Assembly: GCA_963758525.1 (NCBI GenBank) | Contig: CAVWVQ010000001.1 | Location: 62,502 to 126,501, forward strand | Length of the DNA stretch: 64,000 nucleotides | DNA from: an uncultured Phycisphaerales bacterium | GTDB lineage: Bacteria; Planctomycetota; Phycisphaerae; Tepidisphaerales; Tepidisphaeraceae | Direction of reading: 5' to 3' | Part shown: positions 16,958-26,129 of the stretch, one piece after another | How positions within the stretch are numbered: position 1 is the first letter of the stretch | Layout: each line of letters begins with the position of its first letter | The notes under the pieces: generated by a model | Told to the model about the DNA's origin: nothing | Database searches by the model: none | What the model saw: the letters and a program-made list of their open reading frames with translations, nothing else | Position numbers and translations under genes: made by a program

Positions 16958-18111
16958 TGACGGTCTCTCGCGACACATTTGAACGATATCGGCAGAAGGG
17001 GCTGGACGCCCGCCGCGCGGGGCAGTGGGATACTGCCCGCATCTATCTTCTGGAAGCCGCCCGCGCGATGGCCGCTTTGAGCAAAACTGCGCAGGGAGAA
17101 GACCTGCGCGAGGCGCGCCGGCAAACCGCGCAGCGGCTGCTCGATTTGGCGCACGACTGCGACACCGCGGCGAAGGAAGGACGCAGAACCTCCACCTTGC
17201 CGCGCCGTGTGCCTGGGAAAGCCGCGCCGGACGCGGTGGGGGAGTCGGACGGCGAGACTTCGGCCCAGCAATGGATCGTAAAGGAAAAACCGGCGCTGCG
17301 ATTCAGCGACGTGGCCGGGCTTGAGGATGTGAAGGAAGACATCCGGCTGAAGATGATCTACCCGTTCGAGCATCCGGAGCTGGCGGAGAAATTCGGAATC
17401 CGCGCGGGGGGCGGCGTGCTGTTATACGGGCCTCCGGGCACCGGCAAGACGCTGTTAGCCAAGGCCACCGCCGGCGAGATTGACGCCACGTTCTTCCGCA
17501 TTTCGCCGGCGGATGTGCTGAGCAAGTGGGTGGGTGAAGCCGAGCAGAACATCAAGAAGCTGTTCGACGCCGCGGCCGCCGAGCCGCGCAGCATCATCTT
17601 TATCGATGAGATCGAGGCGCTGGTTCCCGCGCGGCGGGATGAGGGTTCGAGCGTGATGCAGCGGGTGGTGCCGCAGATTCTGCAGGGGGTCGAAGGGTTC
17701 GACAAAAAGGCGAACCGCTCGCTGCTGCTGATGGGCGCGACTAATGTCCCCTGGCAACTCGACCCGGCGATGCTGCGACCGGGGCGATTTGATGAAAAGG
17801 TGTATATCCCGCTGCCGGACGTTACCGCCCGGCGGAAGATGCTCGACATGTATCTGTCGCACCGCCCGGTTGACGCGGCGGTGAATCTCGATGAACTGGC
17901 CCAGCAGCTTGAAGGTTTCAGCGGAGCAGACGTGAAGTACATCTGCGACCGCGCCGCGACGATCCCGTTTCTCCAGAGTGTCGCGACCGGCCGGGAAGGC
18001 GCCATTACACGCGAGATTCTTTCAGATGTTGTTAAGGACGCGACGCCGTCGGTGACGCCCGATATGCTCGGTCGGTTCCATCAATGGTCGCAGACCGCTG
18101 CGACCGAGTGA
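16957..18111 (+). CDS. AAA+ ATPase, Vps4/katanin-like (MIT-like N-domain plus single classic-clade AAA module)
   Basis: Walker A GPPGTGKT, Walker B IIFIDEIE, ...RPGRFDEKVYIPLPD..., and tail ...ATPSVTPDMLGRFHQWSQ.... The N-terminal 75 aa are helical (YRQKGLDARRAGQWDTARIYLLEAARAMAAL...). The ATG overlaps the peptidase stop (TAATG). Confidence 0.75.
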   Translation: MTVSRDTFERYRQKGLDARRAGQWDTARIYLLEAARAMAALSKTAQGEDLREARRQTAQRLLDLAHDCDTAAKEGRRTSTLPRRVPGKAAPDAVGESDGETSAQQWIVKEKPALRFSDVAGLEDVKEDIRLKMIYPFEHPELAEKFGIRAGGGVLLYGPPGTGKTLLAKATAGEIDATFFRISPADVLSKWVGEAEQNIKKLFDAAAAEPRSIIFIDEIEALVPARRDEGSSVMQRVVPQILQGVEGFDKKANRSLLLMGATNVPWQLDPAMLRPGRFDEKVYIPLPDVTARRKMLDMYLSHRPVDAAVNLDELAQQLEGFSGADVKYICDRAATIPFLQSVATGREGAITREILSDVVKDATPSVTPDMLGRFHQWSQTAATE

Positions 18112-18169
18112 AGCGCTGATCGTTGCACACGAAAGATTGCGCCATTTCATTCAAACGGAGGTTTCTTCC

Positions 18170-18868
18170 ATGCACATCCGCCGAGTCCTTCCGATTCTTG
18201 CGATCGTGTTTGCGTTTTCGGCCATCGTCCGCGCCGACGCGAAGTATCTGACGCCGGATGACATCACCGCGACGATTGCGCTTCTCTCTCCGCCGCCGGA
18301 AGACGGATCGCCCGAGCAGAAAGCGGAGATTCAGACGCTGCTGGATTTTCAGCAAAAGCGCACGCCCGAGGACGTCGCGCGGGCGGAGAAGAATTCCCAT
18401 TTAAGCGGCTTCATGTTTGCAGATGTGCTCGGCGAGTGGTTCAACGCGAAGGAACTTCCCGTGACGGCCAAGTTCCTGTCGTCCGTCGCCCCCGAGAGCA
18501 AAGCGGTGGTCGTGGCGGCCAAGCCGAAGTTCCATCGCGTTCGACCGTACGTGACGGATCCGCGCATTCAGCCATCGTTGGAAAAGGAAACGGGCTTCTG
18601 TTATCCGAGCGGCCACGCGACCGGCGGAATGACCTATGCCCTGATTCTGGCGGAGATGTTTCCCGATCAGAAGGACGCGCTGATCGCCCGCGGCAAACAG
18701 ATCGGCGAAGACCGCGAAGTTGGCGGCATGCACTACCCCAGCGACGTGGCGGCCGGGCAGACCATCGCCGCGGAGATCGTCAAGCGGCTCCTGGCAAATC
18801 CGGAATTTCACGCGGCGCTGGAGAAGGCGGTCGAGGAATGTCACGCGGATGCGCATGCGGGAAAGTAG
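18170..18868 (+). CDS. Class A acid phosphatase (PAP2 family), secreted
   Basis: ATG 18170 follows GGAGG. Signal peptide MHIRRVLPILAIVFAFSAIVRA. PAP2 motifs are KPKFHRVRPY, YPSGHA and REVGGMHYPSDV. Confidence 0.85.
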   Translation: MHIRRVLPILAIVFAFSAIVRADAKYLTPDDITATIALLSPPPEDGSPEQKAEIQTLLDFQQKRTPEDVARAEKNSHLSGFMFADVLGEWFNAKELPVTAKFLSSVAPESKAVVVAAKPKFHRVRPYVTDPRIQPSLEKETGFCYPSGHATGGMTYALILAEMFPDQKDALIARGKQIGEDREVGGMHYPSDVAAGQTIAAEIVKRLLANPEFHAALEKAVEECHADAHAGK

Positions 18869-18975
18869 GGATGCGCAGGGAGAGAACGCTTCGCGCCGCT
18901 TGGCGCCGTGAATAGAAAGCGCTTTCAGAACCTGCTTAGCCGGGCCTCGCAGTTAGGGCCCAGTTTTGCTGCGGT

Positions 18976-19090
18976 CCCTTCTCCCGGTACGCCGGGAGAA
19001 GGTTAGGATGGGGGTGATTTCGAGCACCAAATGCTCTCGAATTCCAAATCACCCTCACCCCCAGCCCTCTCCCGGAGTACCGGGAGAGGG
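18976..19090. repeat. Family B element: inverted pair (CCCTCTCCCGG-nnnn-CCGGGAGAGGG hairpin plus G-rich tail)
   Basis: 18976..19019 reads CCCTTCTCCCGGTACGCCGGGAGAAGGTTAGGATGGGGGTGATT. Its inverse lies at 19047..19090. Related copies occur at 56562..56602 and 4066..4092, with a degenerate one at 57811..57829. Confidence 0.85.
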
Positions 19091-19142
19091 GGTAAAGAAA
19101 CGAGCTCTAAGTACACATCCCCATAAGTAAGGGACCATCAAT

Positions 19143-19210
19143 GTAGGGCGGGATTTATCCCGCCGGATGCCTCCGCCGGAAGCGAATCGGCGGGATAAAT
19201 CCCGCCCTAC
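19143..19210. repeat. Paired-hairpin palindromic element, family A (copy 2 of 4)
   Basis: GTAGGGCGGGATTTATCCCGCC (19143..19164), a spacer, then GGCGGGATAAATCCCGCCCTAC (19189..19210). Confidence 0.9.
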
Positions 19211-19281
19211 ATGTGGCCCTCTTTCAATGGGGAGATGTACTAAGCAGTTGACGGAGTGCCGGCGAGATTTTCCAGGGTGGG

Positions 19282-19348
19282 TGTACCCGCGTGTACTCGC
19301 CCCCCGGATTTTCTCGGAAAGCATGGTGGGCGAGTACACGCGGGTACA
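19282..19348. repeat. Perfect 19-21 bp inverted repeat just 3' of the MOSC gene
   Basis: GTACCCGCGTGTACTCGCC (19283..19301) pairs perfectly with GGCGAGTACACGCGGGTAC (19329..19347). No U-tract follows, so I do not call it a terminator. Confidence 0.8.
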
Positions 19349-19386
19349 ACCACCCCACATTCTCAGCGAGGTCGTGAATGCACTCC

Positions 19387-20184
19387 TCAATCTGCGGGAA
19401 TAACGCCCTCAACGGTGATCTCGTCTCCGACTTGCAGGATCTTGCTCGCCTCGGAGATCGGCACGAGGGTGTTGACGGCAAGCCGGTAGTAGTGATTGAA
19501 GCGGGACTGCTCGGCCCATGGCGGAAGCGTCTGCCTGCGGCGCTCGGCGAAGGTTTTCGCGAAGTTCGGATACCCTTCGCCCGTCAACGGATCGCGCGGA
19601 GGCACGGCGCAGCGTTGACACGGGTTGTTCCCGTGAAAGAGAACGTCGCCGATGCGAAACTGGATGCGGGATCCTTTGGTTGTGTACAGCCTCTCCTCCC
19701 AGAACGGCGCGGGCGCCGAGAGTTCCAAGTTGGTCCGGAGCCGCAGGCGAAGCTGCGACACATCCAGAGGTGGAAACCAGCTCGCGACTTCGGCGAGCGT
19801 GGCGGTTGAAATGATGGTGGGGCCGGGGCAGTCCAGATCGTCGGGGAAACCGACCTCGGAATTGTGTTTCAGCGTGACGGGGAATCCGAAGAACTCGGTC
19901 AGCCATTCGTGAAGCTCCGATCGCTGCCGATCTATCTGAAATTGAGCGCAGGCCGTCGCGTCTGGTCTGCGCAGAGAGAGAACATTGGTGACCGGATCGT
20001 AGGCTGAGCGCAGAAGATGGATTTTCGCGTGCCGTTTGCCGTTGACGAATTTGTCTTCGGAGTCGAACAGGCCGAACGCGCGATCGCCGGCCAGCGCGCC
20101 GGACTTGAGCACTGATATTTGCTGAACGGAAACGGGTTCGAGGGATTTAATGGGATAGATCAGGATTCGCGACAAATGTGGCAT
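19387..20184 (-). CDS. MOSC domain-containing protein
   Basis: MPHLSRILIYPIKSLEP... (MOSC N-terminal beta-barrel) and C-terminal ...NPCQRCAVPPRDPLTGE... (MOSC Cys motif). ATG 20184 is preferred over the longer track ORF. Confidence 0.8.
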   Translation of the reverse strand: MPHLSRILIYPIKSLEPVSVQQISVLKSGALAGDRAFGLFDSEDKFVNGKRHAKIHLLRSAYDPVTNVLSLRRPDATACAQFQIDRQRSELHEWLTEFFGFPVTLKHNSEVGFPDDLDCPGPTIISTATLAEVASWFPPLDVSQLRLRLRTNLELSAPAPFWEERLYTTKGSRIQFRIGDVLFHGNNPCQRCAVPPRDPLTGEGYPNFAKTFAERRRQTLPPWAEQSRFNHYYRLAVNTLVPISEASKILQVGDEITVEGVIPAD

Positions 20185-20297
20185 GCCGGCCCGCGGGTTG
20201 GAAGTTGGCGGATCAACATCCATGCGCGGAGAGTTTCTCCGCGCATGGATTGTTTGTCACGTCTCAAAGCGACTAAATGAGCTTGCGCGAACACGCA

Positions 20298-20355
20298 CGT
20301 TCGATCCGAGCCTTCGGAGTACCTCAGACTCGGCGTGGGGTTGTCAAACGGGCTC
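20298..20355. repeat. Family C element (copy 3)
   Basis: CGTTCGATCCGAGCCTTCGGAGTACCTCAGACTCGGCGTGGGGTTGTCAAACGGGCTC differs at 2 positions from 13681..13738. It ends 9 nt from the permease stop codon. Confidence 0.9.
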
Positions 20356-20364
20356 GATGCGGCG

Positions 20365-21885
20365 TTATGCCATCACTACCTCGCCGCCGGCGTCGGCGAG
20401 CGGTTCGGGAGTTGGCACGGGAGCTGAGGACATTGCCTTTTCCTCCAGCACCAGCCGGACGCTTTCGATTTCGCTTGTGCTCTTGCTGCGGATGGCGATG
20501 AGCACGACGCCGACGAGCAGATAGGTCCCGAAGATATAGGGGAACCAGTTCATCGGATAAGGAGGTTGTGGCCAGATCGTGCCGACGATCGGAACCGCCA
20601 AAAGGAGAATCGCAATGACGGCGACAATCACGTGGTACGGCTTCATTTCGCCGATCTTCTTTAGATAGAACGGCGTGGCCAAAGAGATCAGCACATACGC
20701 GCCGCAGAAGCCCATGGCGCCGAAGAGCCCGGCATAGTTAAACTCGTCAAACGGGGCTCCGATCTGCAACTGTTGCACCGCGCCGGCATAAGACGCAAGC
20801 ATGAACACCGACGGGATGAGAAACTGGATGATGGCAAACGTTGTGATCGCAAAGTGAGGTGTGAGATTGCTCTTATGCGAGCTGCCCATGGAAATGTGAA
20901 AGATCCCGTAGCGGCCCATGGTAAACATGATGCGCGAGCCTGCGTTCAGGCAGGACATGGCCAAGGCGAAGAAACTGGTCATGGCGCCGATGGAAATGAT
21001 GACGCCCATCCACTTGACGCCGAGGTTTTCGCTCAGGGTGGAGAGCGGGGCAGTGAGCGCATCGAGCGTCGGGGTGTTGTTGGCCAGGGCGTGGGTTTCG
21101 ACGTAGGTGATGAATACGAAAAAAGCCCCGGTGAGGAGAAGGCTGGCAATGACCGCCCGGGGGATGGTGATCAGAGGCTTCTTCGCTTCCTCGCCGAAGG
21201 CGGTGGCGCATTCGAACCCGACGAGACTGAAGATTGCCACCACGACGCCCAGGTCGAAGTCCTTCAGTCCGTGCTGGGAGATCGGGTGAAGCTGCGCGGT
21301 ATCCACGGCCCCGGTCTTGGCGATGGCCAGGATCGCGAGGATCAGAATCACCGCGACCGAGACCCCTTCGAAGATCAGCATGAGGATCGTTGAAAAGGTG
21401 ATGTCCTTGTAAGCCAGAAACCATGCACAGGCCACGCAGATGAGAAAGAGGGTGATGGACGGATGCGACAGATAACCCGTGGCTCCGGCCTGCGTGAGCA
21501 GGAGGGAAGCGAAGTGCGTGAAACCGGTGACCCCGGCGATTCCGATGAACATGTACGCCCAAATGAGACACCAGCCGGACATGCCGCCGATCTTCGGACC
21601 CAGTCCCTTGACGGTGTATTCGTACATGCTCCCGGCGGAGGTGTATCGCTTGGCGAACTGATTCAGGCTGAAGGCGACGAACAGCAGCAAGATCGTGCCA
21701 AAGAGATAGCAGAGCCACCCGGCCGTTCCGGCGCTGGCGAACATGAGGGGCACGATGAGGGCGGCGGTCATGCTCGGGGAGATCAGCGCGATCGCCTGCG
21801 CGAGCACCTCCCAGAAATTCAGGGCATTGGATTTCAGTTTGGTGTGGGTGTTCTTGACTGTCGCTGCATAATCTAACGCGCTCAT
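20365..21885 (-). CDS. APC-superfamily amino acid permease
   Basis: About 12 hydrophobic segments with an N-terminal ...LKSNALNFWEVLAQAIALISPSMTAAL... motif region. ATG 21885 lies 7 nt after AAGGAG on the minus strand. Confidence 0.8.
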   Translation of the reverse strand: MSALDYAATVKNTHTKLKSNALNFWEVLAQAIALISPSMTAALIVPLMFASAGTAGWLCYLFGTILLLFVAFSLNQFAKRYTSAGSMYEYTVKGLGPKIGGMSGWCLIWAYMFIGIAGVTGFTHFASLLLTQAGATGYLSHPSITLFLICVACAWFLAYKDITFSTILMLIFEGVSVAVILILAILAIAKTGAVDTAQLHPISQHGLKDFDLGVVVAIFSLVGFECATAFGEEAKKPLITIPRAVIASLLLTGAFFVFITYVETHALANNTPTLDALTAPLSTLSENLGVKWMGVIISIGAMTSFFALAMSCLNAGSRIMFTMGRYGIFHISMGSSHKSNLTPHFAITTFAIIQFLIPSVFMLASYAGAVQQLQIGAPFDEFNYAGLFGAMGFCGAYVLISLATPFYLKKIGEMKPYHVIVAVIAILLLAVPIVGTIWPQPPYPMNWFPYIFGTYLLVGVVLIAIRSKSTSEIESVRLVLEEKAMSSAPVPTPEPLADAGGEVVMA

Positions 21886-22026
21886 GGCAAACTCCTTAAA
21901 AGCCCTCAACCTGCATGAAGGCCGTTCCGGGGCAACGCACCGTCAGATCCGGCCTCAATGCGGGTTTCCTCTGCGCCGCAGGTTTTCGGTCGTTTCCTGT
22001 TCCGCCGTGCGAGTGATATGCCGGGC

Positions 22027-22674
22027 CTACCCTGCAAGGCCCGCGGTCAATTGGTGCGTCAGCTCGTGATTGCGGCGAGACGTGCCCGCCGCATTGAGAG
22101 AGACTGGTATCGGGCATGCAACGAGAATGATCTTTGCGTCGTTGCCGCCCAGCGCGGTGAGGCGATGGGGAAGGCGCGAGTCGAAATGCGCCGAATCGCC
22201 AGGTTGGAGAACATGGTGCGCGCCGTCGACGGAAACCCGCAGGCTTCCGGCGAGGACGTGCAGCCACTCTTCGCCGTCGTGCTGATAGGTTTCGTCTCCC
22301 GGCCGGTCAGCGGGAATGGTGACGGCAAGCGGTTGGATGTTGAACGGTTTGGTTGAGCCGCTCAAGGGAACAAACTGGAGGTTGTTGATGGATTTCGGAA
22401 TGGCATTTTCGCCGCGAACGATAATGCAGTCGGACGAGCGGTCGGGCTGCTCGAACAAGGCGGCAACCGATACGTCAAAAGCGTTGGCGATCGAGCACAA
22501 CGCGACGAGAGACGGCTGCCGTTCGCCAGCTTCGAGCCGGCTCAAGTAAGGGCGCGACAGCCCCGTTCGCCCGGCGAGTTCTTCCAGCGTCCAGGTTCGC
22601 GACTCCCGCATCGAGTGAAGACGCGCTCCCAGCGACTGCATGGTTTGCCGAGCATGGTCGTGGATCGTTGCCAT
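22027..22674 (-). CDS. XRE-family HTH transcriptional regulator with C-terminal cupin domain
   Basis: HTH ...WTLEELAGRTGLSRPYLSRLEAGERQPSLVALCSIANAFDV..., then cupin ...HDGEEWLHVLAGSLRVSVDG...GDSAHFDSRLPH.... Confidence 0.85.
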   Translation of the reverse strand: MATIHDHARQTMQSLGARLHSMRESRTWTLEELAGRTGLSRPYLSRLEAGERQPSLVALCSIANAFDVSVAALFEQPDRSSDCIIVRGENAIPKSINNLQFVPLSGSTKPFNIQPLAVTIPADRPGDETYQHDGEEWLHVLAGSLRVSVDGAHHVLQPGDSAHFDSRLPHRLTALGGNDAKIILVACPIPVSLNAAGTSRRNHELTHQLTAGLAG

Positions 22675-22828
22675 TCAGGTGGCGCATTTTAACGGGAGTT
22701 GCCTGTGTGTCAACAAAAATCGCCAAAGACGCGTAAAGTTATCGCTATGGCAACTTGCGGCGGTTCGGAAGCGGTCGGGGGTTTCGGTTTGCGCTGCTTT
22801 ACGGTTGCGGTATAGTCGGGTGCTACGA

Positions 22829-24737
22829 ATGAGCGATTTACGGGAGCAGTTGCAAAACCTCTTCGGGCTGGACGACTTTCGTCCCGCGCAGCGCGAGGTG
22901 ATTGAAGATGTGATTGGTGGCAAAGACGTGATGTGCGTCATGCCGACCGGATCGGGGAAGAGCCTCTGTTATCAGCTTCCGGCGGCGGTGCAGCAGGGGC
23001 TGTGCGTGGTCGTTTCCCCGTTGATTTCGCTCATGGAGGATCAGGTTCAGCAACTGCGGGACGAGGGGATCCCCGCGGCGATGCTCAACAGCAGCTTGAG
23101 CCCCGCAATGCGGCGCGAGGTCGTGCGCGAGCTGGAAGCCGGGTTCCAGGGATTGCTGTACGTCGCCCCCGAGCGGTTCTTTACCCCCGATTTCCAGGAG
23201 CTTGCCTCTCAACTGCGCCCGATCCTTTTTGCGGTCGACGAAGCACACTGCGTCAGCCAGTGGGGCCACGATTTTCGACCTGAATATCTAAAGCTCGGCG
23301 AGGTGCGGCGTCAGCTCGGCTCTCCGCCGTGCATCGCGGTGACGGCAACGGCCACGCATGACGTGCGCCTCGACATCATCCGCCAGCTCGGGCTGCGGGA
23401 GCCCAATGTCGTCATCACCGGCTTCGATCGGCCGAATCTCAGCTATCAGGTGCGCCGGACCGCGAAAAATGCAGAGCGCGATTACGAGTTGCTTTCGCTG
23501 CTCAAGGCGGAGCCCGGGAGCATCATCATCTATTGCTCGACGCGCAAAGCCGTCGACGCGGTTTCGCTTCTGGCGGCGGAGTCGATGCGCGACCGGGTGG
23601 TCTGCAGCTATCACGCGGGCATGGAGATGGGGGATCGAACCGCCAGCCAGGAGCGGTTCATGCAGACGCCCGGCGCCATCGCGGTCGCCACCAATGCGTT
23701 TGGCATGGGGATCAACAAGCCGGACGTTCGGCTGATTATTCATTACAACCTGCCGGGCACCCTCGAAGCCTATTACCAGGAAGCCGGCCGCGGCGGGCGC
23801 GACGGCCTGCCCGCGCAGTGCGTCCTTCTATTTGGCTATCAGGACCGCTACACGCAGGAATATTTCATCGATCGGATTGGAGAAGACCATCCCGGCGATC
23901 CGCGACGCATCGCGCAACTCAAGGCACATGCGACGCAAAAGCTCGATCTGATGATCGGCTACGCCCAGACGCATCGCTGCCGACGGCAGATGATCCTCGA
24001 CTATTTCGGTGATGAGACAAAAGCCGTCGCATGTCACTGCGACGTTTGCGGCGTCGGTGATCTCTCGATGCCCGCGGCACCGATCGCGATCGTTTCCGAC
24101 GAGGCGATTCTCCTGGTGCGTCAGCTTCTCTCCGGGATCGCCCGTCTGCGCGGAAACTTCGGTGTCGGCGTTGTTGCCGAGGTGCTCGCGGGGGCGGACA
24201 ACGAAAAAACACAGCGATGGGGTTTCGACAAGTTGACGGTCTTCGGTCTGCTGCGTGCGTACCCGGTCAAGCGAATCATTGCAATGCTGCACCGCCTGAT
24301 GGATGCGGGCCTGGCGCGACAGCGCGATCCTGATGGGGTGAAATTCCGACCGGTGATCGAGTTGACGCCGGTCGGCATTCGGGTGATGAAAGCCGAGCAA
24401 CCGCCCCCCGTGAGCCTCGCCGATCTGGCGCCGCGCGCCGCGGCAGGGTGGATCGTGAATCGTCGTCGTCTCGAATGATCCCCGGCGCGCGGAAGCTCGA
24501 GCGGTCGAGTCGTTGGATCCGGACGCCGAGCAGCGATTCGAACGGCTGCGATCGTTGCGTCTGCAACTGGCAAAGTCGCGCCAGGTGCCGCCTTATTGCA
24601 TCTGTCACGACAGCACGCTGAAGGAAATTGCCGTCGCCGCGCCAAATGATCTGTCGGGATTGGAGCAAGTGAAGGGAATGGGGCCGTACAAAGTAAAGAC
24701 GTACGGCCCCGCGTTTCTGGAGGCGGTGCGGGGTTGA
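22829..24737 (+). CDS. recQ: ATP-dependent DNA helicase RecQ (HRDC domain in a different frame; break near 24440-24460)
   Basis: ATG 22829 gives MSDLREQLQNLFGLDDFRPAQREVI...MPTGSGKSLCYQLPA...VDEAHCVSQWGHDFRPEY.... The helicase ORF stops at 24478. Frame 3 is open from 24459 and encodes an HRDC domain (...RLRSLRLQLAKSRQVPPYCICHDSTLKEIA...) up to 24737. Confidence 0.85.
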
Positions 24738-24764
24738 AGTCCCCAATTCTGAGGTGAGAAGACC

Positions 24765-26122
24765 ATGGCTGCAGGAGACGACACCATCGCGGGCTTGCGC
24801 GACGCATTGCGGGTTTCCCCCAACAATCTGCCGCTGCGCCAGCATCTGGCGGACACGCTCTGCGGCCTTGGGAGATATGACGAGGCGGAGGCGGAATACA
24901 AGGCCGCCATCAGCCTCTCGCCGGAGAATCCAAAGATCAAGCTTGGGCTGGCCCGCGCGTTTTACCTGCAGGGGAAAAACTCGGCCGCCCTGGTGATCGT
25001 GGAGGAAATGCTCAAAAGCCCTTCTCCGCCGGGCGCGGCGCTGGTGCTGCATGCAAGGCTGCTCGAGCGGACGGGGGAAATCGAGCGCGCGGTTCGGCAG
25101 TACAAGCGAGGCGTGAGCGACGATCCTTCGGCCGGCGATCCCGAATTTGCCGCGCGTCTGGGCATCCGAGCAAGCTCTGATGCCGGCGACGACGAGAGTG
25201 GCGAGGTCGTCGATGGCCGCGTCCGCGCCTCCCGCGAGCATGCGGCAACGCCGGGTGACGCCGAAGTGGAACGGCCGAAGATCAAGTTCAAGGACGTCGG
25301 CGGGATGGATGCGGTCAAGGACGACATCCGCATGAAGATCATCCACCCGATGAGTCATCCCGAACTCTACAAAGCCTACGGCAAAGCGATCGGCGGGGGG
25401 ATTTTGATGTACGGGCCGCCGGGCTGCGGCAAGACCCATCTGGCCCGTGCCACCGCGGGGGAGATCGAGGCCAATTTCATTTCCGTCGGCATCAGCGATG
25501 TTCTGGACATGTGGATCGGCTCGAGCGAGCGCAATCTCCATCAACTTTTTGCGCAGGCGCGCCGCAATCAACCGTGCGTGCTGTTCTTCGATGAGGTCGA
25601 CGCGCTGGCGGCGAGCCGTGCCGACATGCGCGCAGCGCCGGGCGGCACATGATCAACCAGTTTCTCGCCGAAATGGACGGCATCGGCGCATCCAACGAGG
25701 GCGTGCTGACTCTCGCGGCGACCAATGCTCCCTGGCACGTCGATGCCGCGTTTCGCAGGCCCGGGCGATTCGATCGCATCCTGTTTGTGCCGCCGCCCGA
25801 CGCGGCGGCGCGGGCGGCGATTCTGAGAATCCATCTGGCCGGCAAACCCGTCGATGCGATCGATCACGAGCATCTGGCGAAAAAGACCGAGGGGTTTTCC
25901 GGCGCCGACCTCAAGGCGGTGATCGACGCGGCCGTGGACGAAAAGCTTCGGCAGGCGATGAAGATCGGGCGGCCCGAGCCGATGACAACGCGCGATCTCG
26001 TCGCGGCGGCGGCGGGGATCAAGCCGTCGACGAAGGAATGGTTTGCGACGGCCAGAAATTATGCGCTCTATTCCAACCAGGGCGGGACGTACGACGACAT
26101 TCTCAAATATCTGAAGATGTGA
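24765..26122 (+). CDS. TPR-domain AAA+ ATPase (classic clade), frame-broken near 25625-25650
   Basis: ORFs 24765..25652 and 25649..26122 join across ...VDALAASRADMR then ...HMINQFLAEMDG.... N-terminal TPRs precede Walker A GPPGCGKT, Walker B VLFFDEVD and ...RRPGRFDRILFVPPPD.... Confidence 0.75.
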
Positions 26123-26129
26123 CTGCTTC

